Origin: Octopus vulgaris
Taxonomy: Eukaryota
NCBI GenBank assembly: GCA_951406725.2
Contig: OX597823.1
Location: forward strand, 49,972,001-50,036,000
Direction: 5' to 3'
DNA: 64,000 nucleotides
The number at the start of each line of letters is the position of its first letter. Position 1 is the stretch's first letter. Positions 23,211 through 35,840 of the stretch are shown piece by piece. A program made the translations under genes and the position numbers. The notes beneath the pieces were generated by a model. The model was given only the letters and a program-made list of their open reading frames with translations, searched no databases and had not been told where the DNA came from.

Positions 23211-25740
23211 GTAAATTGATATAATATATATTGTTTTCACAACATAAACCATTAACAAAGTTTCTTTATGCTTGCTTCACCTGATGTAATAGCCAAATCA
23301 CCTTCAAATCGGCCATATCTGGCTCAAATATTCCCCCTGTTTTACGTTCAAAGTAGTCTTTCAGAACACAAAGTTTCTTTAAGCTTGCTTCACCTGATGT
23401 AATGGCCAAATCACCTTTAACCCTTTAACATTCAAACCGGCCATATCTGGCACAAATATTCCCCGTTTTATGTTCAAAGTAGTCAGATCCAGCCTCTCAC
23501 ACCTGCCCTACAATGTCATTCTAAAACTATACAATCACATCATCGAAATCTCAAAGCTACAAGATAATGCATGATTAATTCCAAAACAATGTGAATAAAT
23601 AAGCATTACATTTGCCAGAATAATCTGAATACTAAAGGGTCAGCTAAACATGTCCTTTCACCATTCACACCTACTTCCCACATTAGCATGGTTTAGATGG
23701 ATTGCTATGATCCAAGTCATTTAATTGGGAACCACTGCCCTTATTAGGTGGGTTGGAGGGTCATGTCTTGCTTGTGCATTTCATTTTTGGCTTGATTTCT
23801 ATGACTGGATGATGCTCTTCCTGTCACCAACCACTTAAAAGATAGTTCTAGACACATTTTACTGTGGCACCAACACTAGAGAGGATGTCATGTCCTTGAC
23901 TAGATGGGACTAAAAGGACCTTTTGAACCTATGTTTTCTTTACTTGCACACCAAACACTTTACAGATTGTACTAGATGTATTTTACTATGGCATCAGCAC
24001 AAGACTCTCATACAAATTTGTTTACTCAAGACAGTTTGTCCAAGAGAGAAAATGTTGATAGAACTGGAATGAGTGCACAAAGAAAGCAAGAGTGTAATTG
24101 TCAAAATAGTGATTGTGATGAGAGAAGAAGAAACAATTGTTCATCACTGACTATACTGAGAAAGTGAAAGTAAAGTGTATTGGGTATATTTACATCTGGT
24201 GCAGCCTCTTATGCATGGCCTTATGATGGGCAACAGCAGTAGAGTGATGAGGATGGTTGTTGGGAGAATGAATGCAGATGGGTTTCACACTTGATCTTAA
24301 TTCTTATGACTGCAAACTTATGGTTAACATGCATTGACCTCCAGAGTGCTGATATAACAATTTAGCTTGACTCTGATTCAGACTCACCAAAAAGAAAAAA
24401 CAAGTGAAAAAACAGTTTGTCATTTTGTCAACCAATATGGTTGGTGTTTATCTTGGAGTTCTTCTCCTTTGTCATCGTAATTTTCTTACATTTGCTTTTT
24501 TCTTTGCTGGTATGGGTTGAGCAAGGTTTCTTTGAGGGAGAATTCTACAAACAGATACTCTTCATGTGTATTGGGTGCTTTTTATGTGGCATTAACACCA
24601 GCAAAGTCACCAAGTAACTTACAAGATGCTTCAAGTGAGGTGGGGGTGGGAGTATTGAGGGAGGTAGCTTTGTGCCTAGTGATTAAGGGGTTAGGGTATG
24701 ATACTGGGACAGAACCTGGTGACTTGTGGCAGAGGAGATGCATGGTTGCCCCAGCTGTGAAGAGAGAGAGAGAGAGAAAATTTTGAAGACGAGGTATCAG
24801 GTATACCCACAAATTACAAAGTACTCAGGAATGGATAAGATGAGTGGGTAGGTAAGTTTGCAAGGATGTGAAAGGAGAGTGGGAGATGGAAGAGATGGGA
24901 ATGCAGTGAGTGAACACACCTGATGTGGGGAAGGGTATTAGGAAGATATGTTGTGGTGGGAGAGAGAGAGAGAGATTCATTGGACAGATTGTGTGCAGGT
25001 AAGTTTGCAAGAGTGCAGAAGGAAATTGGGAGGTAGAGGGGTGGAGAATAAAGTTAGAAAGTTTTCATTTGATTGGTATTGGAGAATCAGTTTTGACTAC
25101 CAACACCCAGTGTTTACAATGTAATGAATAACTACATAAAGTGACTAACAGAAACAGCATTCTTCTACTGTGTAAAAAAATGCGATCATCATCGTTTAAC
25201 GTCTGTTTTCCATGCTGGCATAGGTTGGACTGTTTGACTGAGGTCTGGAGAGCCAGCAGCTGCACCAGGCTCCAATCTGATCTGGCAATGTTTCTACAGC
25301 TGGTTGCTCTTCCTAACACCAACCACTCAGAGAGTGTAGTGAGTGCTTTCTACATGCCACCAGCACAGGAGCCAGTCAGGCAGGCCTGGCATTGGTCAAG
25401 TTCAGATAGTGTTTTTATGTGTCACCGGAATGGGAGCCAGTCAGAGGGCACTGGTCTCAGTTATTTTCGGATGGTGTGTTTTACATGCCACCGGCATTGG
25501 AGCCAGTCAGGCATATTATTATTATTATTATTAAGGTAGTGAGCTGGCTGAATTGTTAGCACACCAGGCAAAATGCGTAGCAGCATTTCATCCATACTTA
25601 CATTCTGAGCTCAAATCCCGTCAAGGTTGAATTTGCCTTTCATCCTTTTGGGGTTCGTAAAATAAGTATCAGTTGGATGTATTTGACTTACCCCTGCCTT
25701 CAAACTTGCTGACCTTGCGTCAAAATTTGAAATCATTATT

Positions 25741-26100
25741 ATTACCTCCGCCTTAGCGAAGGCAGATGTATTGTTTTCAGTTGTGTTCTTTTGTTTGTCC
25801 ATGGACAAGATATCTCAAGAACCGCAGGATGGAATAGGATGAAACTTTCAGGGCTGTTCGGCCTCGTGACTGACACAAACTGATTATATTTTGGGAGCGA
25901 TCTGGTACCAGACAAGGATTCTGGATTATTTTTCCATTTTTTTACTTAATTTTTGCGAGTGGTTGGGTTTATTTTTAGTATTCTCATTTGTGAGAGCAGT
26001 CAAGTTTATTTCAGATATTCTCGTTTTAAAAATCATCTCTGGTTAATCCTTGAAAGGACTTTGGTGTTGCCTTGGCAGAGGTTTGCACTCTGAGTGCTCT
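25741..26100 (+). mobile_element. Helentron-associated (HINE/DINE-like) non-autonomous element
   Basis: 5' attacctccgccttagcgaaggcag, subterminal ccttggcagagg, 3' hairpin gcactc-t-gagtgc; inserted in a TTA-rich tract. Confidence 0.7.
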
Positions 26101-26252
26101 TATTATTGTCATCATTTTTTGTTTTTTGTGGTTCACCAGAAACTGTGTTTTTCTATCATTCTGTACAAAATAAGCTTCACATAAATTAGCTACATTTTTA
26201 AATAACCCTTTGCATTAAAATATTTCTATTTTGTTTCTATTTAATCCTATAG

Positions 26253-26324
26253 CTTGAACTATCCCAAACAGATAACCAGCAATCTTTATGGGTTGCAACA
26301 ACAGATTCTTCCATTTGTAACTGG
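26253..26324 (+). CDS. WDR48: WDR48 exon: LELSQTDNQQSLWVATTDSSICNW
   Basis: atag|CTT...TGG|gtaagt; 72 nt; matches human IWVATTKSTVNKW. Confidence 0.93.
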
Positions 26325-27611
26325 GTAAGTCGTAAAATTCATGTGTGCAATTGTTGTTATTGTTATTGTTATTATCATCATCATTATTATTGAGGCAGTA
26401 AGCTGGCAGAATCGTTGGCTCTCTGGACAAAATGCGTAGTGGCATTTTGTGCGTCTTGATGTTTTGAGCTCACATTCTGCCATGGTTGACTTTGCCTTTC
26501 ATCATCTTAGATAGTTGATGAAATAAGTACCAGTTGAGTACTGGGGTCGATGTAATCAAGTAGCTCCATCCCTTCAAAATTTCAGGCCTTGTGCCTATAG
26601 TAGAAAGGATTATTATTATTGAGGCAGCAAGTTAGCAGAACTCTTAGCATGTCAGGCAAAATGCTTAGTGGCGTTTTGTCTGTCTTAACTTTCTGAGTTC
26701 AAATTTTGCTTCAGTTAACTTTGCCTTTCTTCCTTTTGAGATTGATAAAATAAGTATCAGTTAAGCACTGGCATCAGTGCAATTGACTTGCCCTTGCCAG
26801 CAAATTTCAGGCCTTGTGCCTATGATAGAATTATTATTATTCAAAGCAGTGAACTAGCAGAACCTTTAGTGTGTCATATAAAATGCTTAGTGGTATTTCT
26901 TCTAGCACCTTGAAATCTCATACCACCAAGGCTGACTTTGCCTTTCATTTTTTGGGGCAGGTCAATAAATAAAGTACCAGTGAAATACTTGGGCTGATGA
27001 AATCAGTTAACTTCCCCACCCAAATTTCAGGCTTTGAACCTTTATTAAAAGAAAGAATTATTATTAATTCTCATAGTAATGGTGGGGATGATGATAGCAT
27101 CCATCTTTCATGCCATCTTAGTTGAACCATGCCTATCTGTAATGCTTCATTTTCAGCTTTGTTTACTACCACTCTACAGAGTGTACTGGATACATTTTAC
27201 CTTGTCACCTTTGCTACAGAGGCTGTCATGTCCTCAACTAACTAAATGGTCCTCTTGACACTAAGTTCATGTCACTCATTTGCTAACCATTTTCTAGAGT
27301 GTATTGGGTGCATTTCTTTGTGCACCAGCACCAGTGGGGTTGCTTTATATCTCAATATTAAAGGAATGAATTAGCTAATTGTTCTGGGGAAGACATTTAG
27401 TTCCTTGTACAATGCTTCCACAACTGTGTAATTATTCTAGGGGACTTCATATATCTCTGTATGGGTCTTCTGGAGACCTTTCCTTTTGTAAGCTGAATTA
27501 AGTTAATATAATATTAAGAATGCTAATGGGATTTTGAATACTTTATGGGGCTATTTGATTTTTTCCTTTTAATCTATTTAATGTCAAATGATAAATGTTT
27601 ACGTGTTGCAG

Positions 27612-27702
27612 CCAATCAAGTCTCGAAACTCAAGGTGCTCAGGTGATTACGAAAATGAAAAGACAGTCCCTATGTGTACGCAGCCAGATTTTACTATCAA
27701 AG
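27612..27702 (+). CDS. WDR48: WDR48 exon: PIKSRNSRCSGDYENEKTVPMCTQPDFTIK
   Basis: gcag|CCA...AAAG|gtaggt; 91 nt, phase 0 to 1; matches human SGDYDND...PLCTQPDQVIK. Confidence 0.93.
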
Positions 27703-27764
27703 GTAGGTGTATTTTGTCTTTAGTTCAGTCACATAATTGATTTATTGTTTCTTATTTATTTTAG

Positions 27765-28090
27765 TGAAGGTGCATAGTTCAGTGGTTATGGTATTCAGCT
27801 AACAATCGTCAGGTGTTGAGTTCAAGTTTGATTCCCGTCAGCGTGTTGTGTCCTTGAGCAAGACGCTTTATTTCACATTGCTTCAGTCCACTCACCTGAC
27901 AAAAATGAGTTGTGGTTGTACCTGTATTTCAAAGGGCCAGACTCATCACATTTTGTGTCACACTGAATCACTTTGAGAACTACTTTGAGGGTATGCATGT
28001 CGGGAGTGCTCAGCCATTAATTTCACAAGTAGGCCGTTCGTTCATCAGATCAGCTGGAACCCTTGTTGTTGTAAGCAATGGAGTGCTAAT
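27765..28090 (+). mobile_element. Third tRNA-derived SINE family. Other copies at ~895-1210, 1290-1500(-), 9420-9550(-), 51700-51960(-), 62380-62620
   Basis: tRNA-like head, then gtgttgtgtccttgagcaagacactttatttcacattgctccagtccactca...aaaatgagt. Confidence 0.75.
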
Positions 28091-30340
28091 GTATTAATTT
28101 TTATTTTTTTTAAATGTTCTTAAATATTTAGCTGCTTATAAAGTCGATGGAAACAGTAGCAAATCAAGTCACCCCTTTTGCAGGCAGACTGACATTTTGA
28201 TCAGCAATTGTACAAGCTGAACAACATTTTGGTCATTTGCAACATAGCTCAATGTAAAAAAATACTCTCCTTTTGAAAATTGAATCTATCAAAGCATCGC
28301 AAGAGGGCCCTGCTGCATGCATTCTTCCAGAACTTCCATGATTTGCATGTCATAACATATTTTGAAGACAATCACTGATACTTAAAAATGTAATGTAAAA
28401 TTATGGAATCAAATGGACGATATCTTAATACAGTGCTTCGCAACCTTTTTTCACTTGTTGTATACTTATATTCTTAGCAAAATTCAGTGGCACACCTGAA
28501 CTAAAAATATAACGAAAAGTATAGGGAAAAAAATTATATTCAGGTTAACCTGTGGCCATCTAGCATTGTCTTGTGGCACACTTATTTCAGAGCATCCACC
28601 ATCCACCAGCTTATAATATAATATTGAAGTATTAACTTTTTTGTTTACATGACATAAATGTTGTGAACTGGTTTATATGTAGAGGGAAGAATATATTGAA
28701 AACCCACTTGTAGTGGGTATTTATTGGAGATTTGAGAAATACCTTTTTTGTGTCAGGTTTTGGTTTGATACATAATGTACCAGCATCATGTGATAATTTA
28801 GGATTTACCTTGGTTTATATTAGCAGGATCAGAGTGACTTCTGCTAAAATAGGAAAAAAAAAAAAAAAAGAAGATATTTGTGGTGATAAACTAATTAAAT
28901 GAAATACTTTCTTGTAATATGTAAAAGCAGTTTAACTCTTTATCATTCAAACTGCCCAGATCTGGCCTCTGCTATCTACCTGATAATGTCATAGTAAAAA
29001 TAATCACATCAAAATCTCAAAGCTACAAGATAACGCATGATTAATTGAAAATATGAATAAATAAGCTTTACATTTGACAGATTAATCTGATTGCTAAAGG
29101 GTTATACCTGTAGTATTCAGATTACTCTATCAAATACAATGCTTATTTAATCACACTGTTTTTAATTAATCATGTATTATCTCGTAGAGTTGAGATTTTG
29201 ATGATGTGATTGTTTATTTTTAGAATGGCATTGTACAATAAGTGTGAGAAGCTGGATCTGGCTGGTTTGAACATAAAACAGGTATAATATCTAATCCTGA
29301 TATGGCTGGTTTAAACACTAAATGGTTAAAGGAGATAAAATTATGTGAATGGGTTTACCTTTACCCTTTCCCTCCACCCATTTTTCCTCATAGCATTGCC
29401 CTTCCCTCTCTATCTCCCACCCCACTTTAGCACTTTTATGAACTTACCCACTCATTCACCCTATCCAATCCTTTGTACTACTTATATATATGCCACCCTG
29501 TAACTGAAGGTACACATTGACACATTCTCTTCACCATCGTCTCTCCTTCTCTCCAGTTGATGTAACCATGTATCTCCTCTTCAGTAAGACACCTGTTTCT
29601 TCCTCTCTCTTCATACTCTAACCTCTCATCACCTGGCATAAAACCACTTCCCTTGATATTACTGGGGTCTCTGTCTTGCTGGTTAATTGGTGACCTTATT
29701 TTTGTTGGTGCCACATAGCCCCACCCAACCCCCATTCCGTCTGTAAAATGGTTAACATTAGGAATAGCATCTAACTGTAGAAACCATGCCAAAGCAGGCT
29801 CAAGAGCTTGGTGCAATCTTCTGGCTTTCCAGCTCCTGTCAAACCACCTGCACAATTCCAGCAAAGAATGTGGATGTTAAATGGTGGTGGTGGTGGTGAT
29901 GAGGTTGCGTTTGCTCTAATGACAATTCAAAAGCGATTCTTCTTTCCTGTAATTTATGAATGGCTTTCTTATGATTATAAGAATAGTAATTGTTTCTGAT
30001 TTAGACACAAAGTAAATAATTTTAAGAGAAGGGAGTTGGTTGATAGACGTAATGCCCTTCCATTTATGTGTTTGTTTTGCAAGATTCTTGATCTGAAATC
30101 ATGTATTGAAATAAATATTATTATAGCTGAGAAATTAGAGTATGATAGGGGGACAGAAGTATCCAGGGAGAATAATATCAGCATTACAGCAAGTTATGGA
30201 GTGGGAGAGGAATTACTATATTCATTGACTTTAGCATAAGATGGAAATATTTCTCTGACTTCACTTTTAATTTTGTCTTTGTTACAACTTCAAATATGTG
30301 AATTGTATATTTAATCTGCTTATTATTTGTCTACCATCAG

Positions 30341-30438
30341 GTGGAGCCAGCATACGTCAGTATTATGTTTTAAATGATAAACGACACATTATTACCAAAG
30401 ATACAGATGATAGTGTTATTTTATGGGACGTTTTAACG
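30341..30438 (+). CDS. WDR48: WDR48 exon: [33 protein letters not shown]
   Basis: tcag|GT...ACG|gtaagt; 98 nt, phase 1 to 0. Confidence 0.95.
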
Positions 30439-30559
30439 GTAAGTCTTTATACTTCCCAGTCATTAATCTCAAGAAATATTCTGAATGATTATCAGTCCAA
30501 AATAATGCTTTATCCAGTGCTGAACAGCCATGGTAATAAATGTATGTCCTATCTTAAAT

Positions 30560-31085
30560 CAGGGATCACCAAACTTTTTTTACTGTGGGCCAGATAACTA
30601 GGAGAATGACAAGTGCGGGCCGCATAACCATTTTGTTCAATACAATCCTGTGAATACGCAAAAATTAAAGACAATCACCTTATTTATTTACCGAAATGTT
30701 ATCTAAGAAGGTGACATTAGCAATAAGATAGTTATATCATACCCAGTGAGCACATATCCAAATCTCACAAGCTAAGCAGCAAAAAAGGTGAGTGAGATTT
30801 GTGAAACTGGTGTTTAGCTTTTAAGATATCATCAATATTTGCTTTGAAATTGCTGCATCAAACCAAGAGAATTGCTTTCAGATGTTCATCAGTCAACCTC
30901 ATTCGATGTGCTCTGACTTCACATACTTCATTTTTAAAAATGTTTGCTCACAGACATAAGTTGTTCCAAACACTGATGCCATACCAGAGGCAAATGAACT
31001 TGCATTGCAGGTACCTACACAAAAAGTACAGTGTGGTGGCAGGCCAGATGAACTGACCTTGCAGGTCGTAGTTTAGTGACCCCTG
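30560..31085 (-). mobile_element. Non-autonomous hAT (Charlie-like) element with a transposase C-terminal remnant
   Basis: TIRs cagggatcaccaaact / agtttagtgacccctg; perfect 8-bp TSD tcttaaat; minus strand reads SVFGTTYVCEQTFLKMKYVKS...LTDEHLKAIL (hAT dimerisation domain). Confidence 0.9.
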
Positions 31086-33607
31086 TCTTAAATCATTATA
31101 CTTGATAAACTAAAATATATCTTTGTTATACAGGAGTGGCTGTGTGGTACGTCCCAATCTCTAAGTTCTGGGTTCAGTCCTACTGCATACACCTTCGGCA
31201 AGTGTCTTCTACTATAGCTTTGGGCCAAACAATGCTTTGTGAGTGGATTTGGTAGATGGAAATTGAAAGAAGCCTATTGTACATGTGTGTGTATCTTTGT
31301 GTCTGTGTTTGTCCCCCACCACCACTTGACAGCTGGAATTATGTCCCCATAACTGAGCAGTTTGGCAAAAGACACTGATAGAATAAGTACTATGTTTAAA
31401 AAAGAAGAAACAAGCACTGGAGTTGATTCATTTACTCTTTTACTTGTTTCAGTGATTTCGCTGCAGCCATGCTGGAGCACTGTCTTTAGTCAAACAAATC
31501 AATCCCCATTTGTAAGCCTAGTACTTATTCTATCAGTCTGTTTTGCTGAACCGCTAAGCTACAGGGACGTAAACACACCAACATCAGTTATCAAGTGATG
31601 ATGGGAGAACCATCACAGACACACAAATACATACATATATATGCAATGGGCTTCTTTCAATTTCTGTCTACCAGATACACTCATAAGGTTTTCATCTGCC
31701 TGAGGCTATAGAAAACACCTGCCTAAGGTGCCATGCAGTGGGGCTGAACCCGGAACCATATGGTTGGGAAGCAAGCTTCTTACCACACAGCTACTCCTGC
31801 GCCTATTTGACTAAAATTTCTTCATGGCAGTGCCCCAGCATGGCTGCAATCTAATGACTGAAACAAGTAAAAGAGAAAAATCCATGAAATATTCTTTTTC
31901 AGATGGTATTCTAACAAATGACAGTGGGACTACCTACCTGGTCAGTTGATCTGCAAGAAATGGCAGCTAGTTTGCCCTCAATTCACATCTACACATATCA
32001 TCATCATTGTTTTTAGGTTTGCATTCTCCATGCTGGCATGGGTTGGATGAGACTTATTGAGGTAATAATGTTCTGTGGCTTGATGCTCTTCTTGTTGCCA
32101 ACTCTTACCTGTGTTTCACATAAGATATTTCTATTGCACTGGTCTTCCCATGTCATTACCAATAAAACTACCAAACTACAAGGTGCATTGTTTATAACAG
32201 ACATAAATATTACATTGTCTGTTATAATAGTGTCACTGAGAATACATGGAAACATATACTCAAATATTTGCAAACACACACAAATACTACTAATTTAAAA
32301 AAAAAAAAAAAAACCAGAAGGATGTATCTGATATTGTGATTTCAGGTAATTTATGTTTGAAAATGTAACAGGATAGTCATGGTCAGAATGCACTTGATAA
32401 TCAATCTGAGCAAGTATATAAACACCAACAATAAATACCTGATCATTTAATACAAAGGCATTGTTCATTGTAGCTAACTAACACATTCTATTCAGTCTAC
32501 TACATGTCACCTTGGGCAAGTGTCTTCTATAGCTTCTGTCCAACCAAAACCTTGTGAGTGGATTTTGTTGACAGAAACTGAAAGAAGCCTATCGTACACA
32601 CACACACACACACATACACATCCATGTATATTTGTGTTTGCCCTCCACCACAGCTTGACTACTGGTGTTGGTGTATTTGCGGCCCCCGTAACTTAGCAGT
32701 GCATCAAAAGAGACCAATGAAACAAGTACTAGTACTGGCTATAGTCTGATAACCGAAACAAAAGATCAAACAACTATTTCATATTGTCCTGATAAATCAT
32801 CTTCATCATTGTAAAGTTCACTTTTTTTCCCATGCTTGCACGGGTTGGATGCAATTTGTGCATACAAATTTTCTATGGCCAGTTACCCTTCCTGTTTCTA
32901 ACTTTTACCTATTTCCAACTAAGGTAATCACACACACACACACACACACTCCCTCTCTCTCCCCCCTCTCTCTCTTGTTTCAGCCATGGCACTGCAGCGA
33001 TGCTAAGGTACCATCTTGAAGAATTTTAGCCGAATGAATCAACCTCAAAGCCTGGTTCTTATTCTATTGGTGCCTTTTGCTGTACATTAAGTTACAGGGA
33101 TGTAAACACACTAACACCAGTTGTTAAGTAGTAGAAGTGGGACAAACAGACTCACATATATATATATATATATATGTATAAATATATGACCCACACATAT
33201 ATATATATGTTAAATATATAGCAGGCTTCTTTCAGTTTCTGTCTTCCAAATCCACTCACCAGGCTATGGTCAGCCCGAGGCTATAATAGAGGACACTTGC
33301 TCTGGGTGACATGCAGTGAGACTGAACCTGGAACCATATATTTGGGAAGCAAGCTTCTTACCACATAGTAATGCCTGCACATGTTTTTTATCATCCACTT
33401 TACCATGCTTGTATGGATCAGATGGAATTCATTGAGGAAGATTTTCTTTGGCAAGACGCTCTACCTGTTGCCAACCACCTGTATCCAAGTAAAGTAATAC
33501 TGTCTCATGGTCAAATATGTAGGCAAACTTTGTGGATGTAAATTATGTTGTATTGACAATTTATATAAATGTATAATTGGGTTATAAAATACGTCTCTTC
33601 ATTTTAG

Positions 33608-33715
33608 GCTCGAAAAGTAGAAGAATTAGGAAAAGCTGATTTAGAAGAAGAATATAAAAAAAGGTTCAAAATGGTTTATGTACCAAACTGGTTTTCAGTA
33701 GATCTTAAAACAGGG
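33608..33715 (+). CDS. WDR48: WDR48 exon: [36 protein letters not shown]
   Basis: ttag|GCT...GGG|gtgagt; 108 nt, phase 0 to 0. Confidence 0.96.
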
Positions 33716-35131
33716 GTGAGTTTCTCTCCTTTTTTTCTTCTCATTTTAATTTTTGTTAGAGCTGTATAATATTGTCTGCGATTGCATGCTAACAGTTTTC
33801 AATGTTTTTATTTAATGATATTGGACCTTAATCTGTGAAATTATTTAATAAAGTTTTCTTCTATAAGTTAAAAAGAAACTTTTCTTTTCACTTTACAATT
33901 TTTTTTGTTATAAATCTAATAAACCCAGCCAAAATATAGTTATGAAGATCATACGAAAATAAAAATAACTTAAATATTGCTACAAAAGGGCTTGTCAGTG
34001 AATATTTTTCAATGAATAACAGTTTATCATGATAGATGTCTGATAAGGTTGTTGTGTTTTATCTCCTAGTTAATTCAGTTGAAACTATTTGTTCTTCTGT
34101 CTCATATCTTGGTGGCTGCTTTTCCTTATTTGACTTGTAGCAGTAATTTCCATTTCTCTTTGCAAAATAAGACTAGTTTGTACATGAACAACTATTAAAC
34201 AGATAGTGACTATCATATTTTAAACTAGCTATTTTAATGCATTTAATGTCAACTAATAACCTAAGTTATAGTACAAATCAAAATATTTTTCTTCAGTGTT
34301 AGATATTGCTTAAAAGTTATGGGTTTCAATATTCTCTTGAAATTATTCTACATCTCCATTTTTATTTTGCCATTACTCATCAAATCAGAGCTTAACATCC
34401 CTTGGTACTTAAATACTAGACTAGTTTACTGATTGTGTTTGTTAACTGTGTTTTGTGAAACCTTGATGAAGATTATTTCTTGTAGCTGTTTATAACTTAC
34501 TCTCTCACTGGCTGTTTCTTAAGTCAGTCTGAAATAAGAATTATTTAAATTTCTTGTATGGTATAAACAAGAGGATTGATCTGAGATTGTTTCGTTGAAC
34601 AGTGACTGTCATATTTTGGTACTCTTGTTTATTTTTGTTTTAATTTTTAGATACAGTAAAAATATACATTATTTATTCATTTCTAGATTAGAGGCCAGTG
34701 ATCAGGTCACAGGTGTGGTTGAATGTTAGATTATAGAAATAATAGAAATTTATAGAAAATTAAAATGGTTATTAATAGCATTCTGTGTGTGTGTTCATTA
34801 ATAAGCAAATTGCAAACATAAAAACTAAACAGTTTCTAAATTCTATTAAAATGAAAAATTTATTGAAGTAAATGGAAAAAAACGATGTTTTTAGTGTGAT
34901 CTTCATACTTATCACTTTATTTTGATAACGTATTTTTATTTTTCTGTTTCCTTCTGCACACATCAATGTCTAACTTTTTGTAAACTGTTGATGAGAATAT
35001 GTTTTTTTTTTTTTTTAATTCCAATCTAACCTGGCTGGTTGGTGAGAATTACTTGCATGTTTGTGAACTTCTTATCCTAATATCTGGGTTTGTCTGGTGT
35101 TTATTGTATTCGCCTCTTGATTCTGTGCCAG

Positions 35132-35231
35132 TTGCTGATAATTCACCTGGAAGAGTCAGATTGCTTTGCTGCCTGGATGTCTTCAAAGGAGCTTGGAATT
35201 GCAACTCCTCCTGATGGACCTGATACAAAAT
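35132..35231 (+). CDS. WDR48: WDR48 exon: LLIIHLEESDCFAAWMSSKELGIATPPDGPDTK
   Basis: ccag|TTG...AAAT|gtaagt; 100 nt, phase 0 to 1; matches human LDESDCFAAWVSAKD...PDGSDPK. Confidence 0.95.
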
Positions 35232-35816
35232 GTAAGTGATAAACAATTCAAGAATAATAGGTGGCAAACAGTTTTATTCTTGGGTTATCTGTTGCCTTAG
35301 AGTACCTCAGCAGTCAACATTGATTTCAGTGCAGTTTTAGTTTAATTCTGCATGCAAATAAATTTCTAATTTTATCTAATAGCTTAATAATCTTTTCTTT
35401 TGTTTAAACAAATTTTTGAAAATTTTGAATTTATTTTATTTAATTGCTTTGTTTATTTATCACAAATATCTTATGATCCATATAAAATTAGAATTGAAAC
35501 TTCTCAGTGATTCTTGTTTAGAAAAACAGCTGAAATTGCATAATTAAAATATTTACTTTCTTACACTTTCTGAAGCCTTACTGTAATGAGAAAATAGTGT
35601 AATATTTTGAAGTTACTCTTAGTCAGGTGTTAAAAGAATATAAATGGTAGTTTTAGTGTAATTGTACTTTATATGCACAAGCAGTATGCTAATGTATTAT
35701 ATCCTGCACAAAAAAATCACATTATATCTTGTTTGCTTTTAACTCAATGTGTTGAACCAAAACGGGGGATTTTATTTTTCTGTTGCTTTCTCGACATCTC
35801 TCTCTATTCTTTGCAG

Positions 35817-35840
35817 CTATCATGGAGATCAATCCACTTT
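35817..35840 (+). CDS. WDR48: Candidate 24-nt microexon of WDR48 (SIMEINPL)
   Basis: long pyrimidine tract plus ttgcag; phase 1 to 1, no stop; weaker donor T|gtaaag. Confidence 0.4.
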
